From Candidatus Oxydemutatoraceae bacterium (GTDB lineage: Bacteria > Pseudomonadota > Gammaproteobacteria > Poriferisulfidales > Oxydemutatoraceae): 64,000 nucleotides of DNA. The notes beneath the pieces were generated by a model that searched no databases, was not told where the DNA came from, and worked only from the letters and a program-made list of their open reading frames with translations. The translations under genes were made by a program, and so were the position numbers. The stretch covers positions 960,001 through 1,024,000 of the forward strand of contig CBDCOZ010000003.1 of assembly GCA_965220085.1 (NCBI GenBank), written 5' to 3'. Shown here piece by piece: positions 62,052 to 64,000 of the stretch. Each line of letters begins with the position of its first letter. Position 1 is the first letter of the stretch.

Positions 62052-62779
62052 CAGTAAGAAATTTGCTCCTGGCCTCATTGCTTCTTGCCCTGTCCTTTCC
62101 GGCGGCGGCGGCGGGCGGCGCGCAAAACACGGAAAAAATTGAAGTCAGTATCGACAATACCGCGGCGTTGCAACGCGGCGCCAAATACTTTGTCAATTAT
62201 TGTTTGAGCTGTCACAGCTCGGGCTATGCGAGGTATCAGCGGGTCGGCCGTGATCTGGGTCTGACCGATGCGATGGTCAAGGAAAATATGATATTCACGG
62301 ACAAGAAGATCGGCGACTTAATGTCGGTGGTGATGCCCGAAGCGGATGCCGCCGAGTGGTTCGGAGCCGCGCCCCCGGATTTGACACTGGTCGCGCGCTC
62401 GCGCGGCGCCGATTGGCTTTATGGCTATCTAAAGTCGTTTTACTTGGACCCCAAGCGTCCTATGGGGGTTAATAATCTGGTCTTTCAAGGAACGGCGATG
62501 CCGCATATAATGTGGGAATTGCAGGGCTGGCAAGAGCTTGTTGAAACGACCGATGCCAATGGTCATACCGCGCGGGAATTGCGCTTGATCAAGCCGGGCA
62601 CCGCATCGGAGGAAGAGTTTGATAATATAGCGCGTGATATGGTTACTTTCCTGGTGTATCTTGCCGAGCCGGCCGCTTTGGAACGTCAGGCGGTTGGCAA
62701 ATGGGTTATTCTTTTCCTGTTGCTTCTGCTCGGTTTTAGTTATTTTCTGTATAAGGAGTATTGGAAAGATGCCCATTAG
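62048..62779 (+). CDS. petC: Cytochrome c1
   Basis: CLSCH, PPDL, AMPH, C-terminal transmembrane helix plus KEYWKD. Confidence 0.95.
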   Translation: MTVRNLLLASLLLALSFPAAAAGGAQNTEKIEVSIDNTAALQRGAKYFVNYCLSCHSSGYARYQRVGRDLGLTDAMVKENMIFTDKKIGDLMSVVMPEADAAEWFGAAPPDLTLVARSRGADWLYGYLKSFYLDPKRPMGVNNLVFQGTAMPHIMWELQGWQELVETTDANGHTARELRLIKPGTASEEEFDNIARDMVTFLVYLAEPAALERQAVGKWVILFLLLLLGFSYFLYKEYWKDAH

Positions 62780-63413
62780 ACGCAATTCTTCTATCGACAG
62801 GCAAGTCTCAATGACATTGTTCTCCGGCCCCATGTGTTTGGAGAGCCATCGTGTGCGGATGACTTTGGCAGAGAAGAGTCTCAGTTTTGATACCGTCCTC
62901 GTCGCCGAAGGCGAGGTGTGCAGCGATTTGCAACATGTCAATCCTCATCACAGTGTGCCGACGCTTGTGGAGCGTGACGTAGCGCTGTATGACCCGCGCA
63001 TCATCATGGAATATTTGGATGAGCGCTTCCCGTATCCGTCTTTGATGCCGGCTGATCCGATCACCCGCGCCCAGTTGCGCTTATCCATGCACCATATTGA
63101 AAACGGCTGGTTTGCTCACTTTAAAGATACCGGTTTGCCCAACAGAAGGCATGCGACCAAAGCGGCCAGAGAGCTCAAAGAGATGATCATAGGCAGCGTT
63201 GATATCTTCAAGGCCAAGCACTATTTCATGCACGATGAATTCACTTTGCTAGACTGTTGTGTCGCATCGCTATTGTGGCGTGTGCAAGGATTGAAAGTCG
63301 TCAACCTGAGAGATTACGCGCCGATTATGCAATACATGCGCCGTATTTTTTCAAGGCCCACATTTCGCCGCAGTCTGACAGAAGACGAAGCCGAACTCGG
63401 GGTCATGCACTGA
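62769..63413 (+). CDS. sspA: Stringent starvation protein A (GST fold)
   Basis: SHRVR, VPTLVER, MEYLDERFP, follows petC. Confidence 0.9.
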   Translation: MPIRRNSSIDRQVSMTLFSGPMCLESHRVRMTLAEKSLSFDTVLVAEGEVCSDLQHVNPHHSVPTLVERDVALYDPRIIMEYLDERFPYPSLMPADPITRAQLRLSMHHIENGWFAHFKDTGLPNRRHATKAARELKEMIIGSVDIFKAKHYFMHDEFTLLDCCVASLLWRVQGLKVVNLRDYAPIMQYMRRIFSRPTFRRSLTEDEAELGVMH

Positions 63414-63452
63414 CCCCCCATATTGAATCTCTGTCATGACCAGACTGTCGGC

Positions 63453-64000
63453 TTAAGCCCGCCGCCACTTGATAGAGCAACCGATACTCGGAACCTGCTC
63501 TTCGGGGCCGCGTCCGGTTCGCGCCACGCAGACCATCGCATGATATAAATCGCGCCTTGCTCCTTTGACGTGTCGCATCCCGCTTGCGTCAAGCCGTCCG
63601 CGATATTGCAATTTATACTTGTTGTTATAGCCGAAGAAATCCGGTGTGCAAACCGCGCCGTACGCTCTGGCCGCTTCTTGCGTCTCGTCATACAGATAAG
63701 GAAACGGGAACTTGTATTTTTTAGCGACCTTTTTCATATTGGACGGAGAGTCCTCGCTGTATTCGTTCGGGTCATTGGACATGATGGCGACAGAACGGAC
63801 GCCGTGAGATTCTAATTCTTTTGTGTCCCGCACAATCTTATCTATGACGGCTTTGACGTACGGGCAATGGTTGCAGATGAACATGACAAGCAGACCGTTT
63901 TCGCCCATTAAATCTTGCGGGCGGTAATCGCTTCCGTCCGTGTCGGGCAGGCAAAAGCCGGGGGCTTTTAATCCGAATTCGCATACGGGTGTTTTTGTTT
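63453..64000 (-). CDS. AhpC/TSA-like thioredoxin family protein, 5' end at or beyond the window edge
   Basis: FICNHCPYV, AVCTPDFF, YRGRLD, PSIGCSIKW. Confidence 0.88.
   Translation of the reverse strand, partial: TKTPVCEFGLKAPGFCLPDTDGSDYRPQDLMGENGLLVMFICNHCPYVKAVIDKIVRDTKELESHGVRSVAIMSNDPNEYSEDSPSNMKKVAKKYKFPFPYLYDETQEAARAYGAVCTPDFFGYNNKYKLQYRGRLDASGMRHVKGARRDLYHAMVCVARTGRGPEEQVPSIGCSIKWRRA

Overview
A 64 kb chromosomal window from a proteobacterium, most likely a gammaproteobacterium (mlaC-murA-hisG-hisD-hisC and petABC-sspA gene orders). A host-associated lifestyle is possible but only inferred. The core content is an SCO plus di-haem MauG/CcP pair, a tetrahydromethanopterin formaldehyde-oxidation cluster (fhcBADC; mptG-mtdB-orfY-mch-orf5-orf7-fae), Mo-cofactor genes, his genes with a DAHP synthase inserted, and the bc1 complex. 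Two accessory blocks interrupt it. (1) 2.7-18 kb is a layered defence hotspot: two Schlafen/AlbA_2-ATPase genes, a PLD-SNF2 helicase with a type IIG restriction-methylase, a truncated type III Res gene and an AAA ATPase/DUF4276 pair. The methylase's C-terminal specificity domain faces a silent inverted alternative domain between ~175 bp inverted repeats next to a tyrosine recombinase, consistent with an invertible specificity switch. Leftover copies of the flanking core genes (ccp, fhcC) punctuate the layers. (2) 22.6-32.8 kb splits the H4MPT cluster and encodes four secreted proteins: three Cys-rich paralogues with a hypervariable segment and poly-C tracts (one out of frame, one in frame, one lacking the tract) and one unrelated Calx-beta/Ig-like adhesin. 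All four end in LRLRLR(V/L)FLEGPLR-stop, a candidate new C-terminal sorting or assembly signal. They are surrounded by stacked promoters, palindromic repeat arrays and IS481-like remnants. A cluster of O-fucosyltransferase-like genes lies at 54.8-59 kb. All family calls come from motif recognition only; no searches were run.
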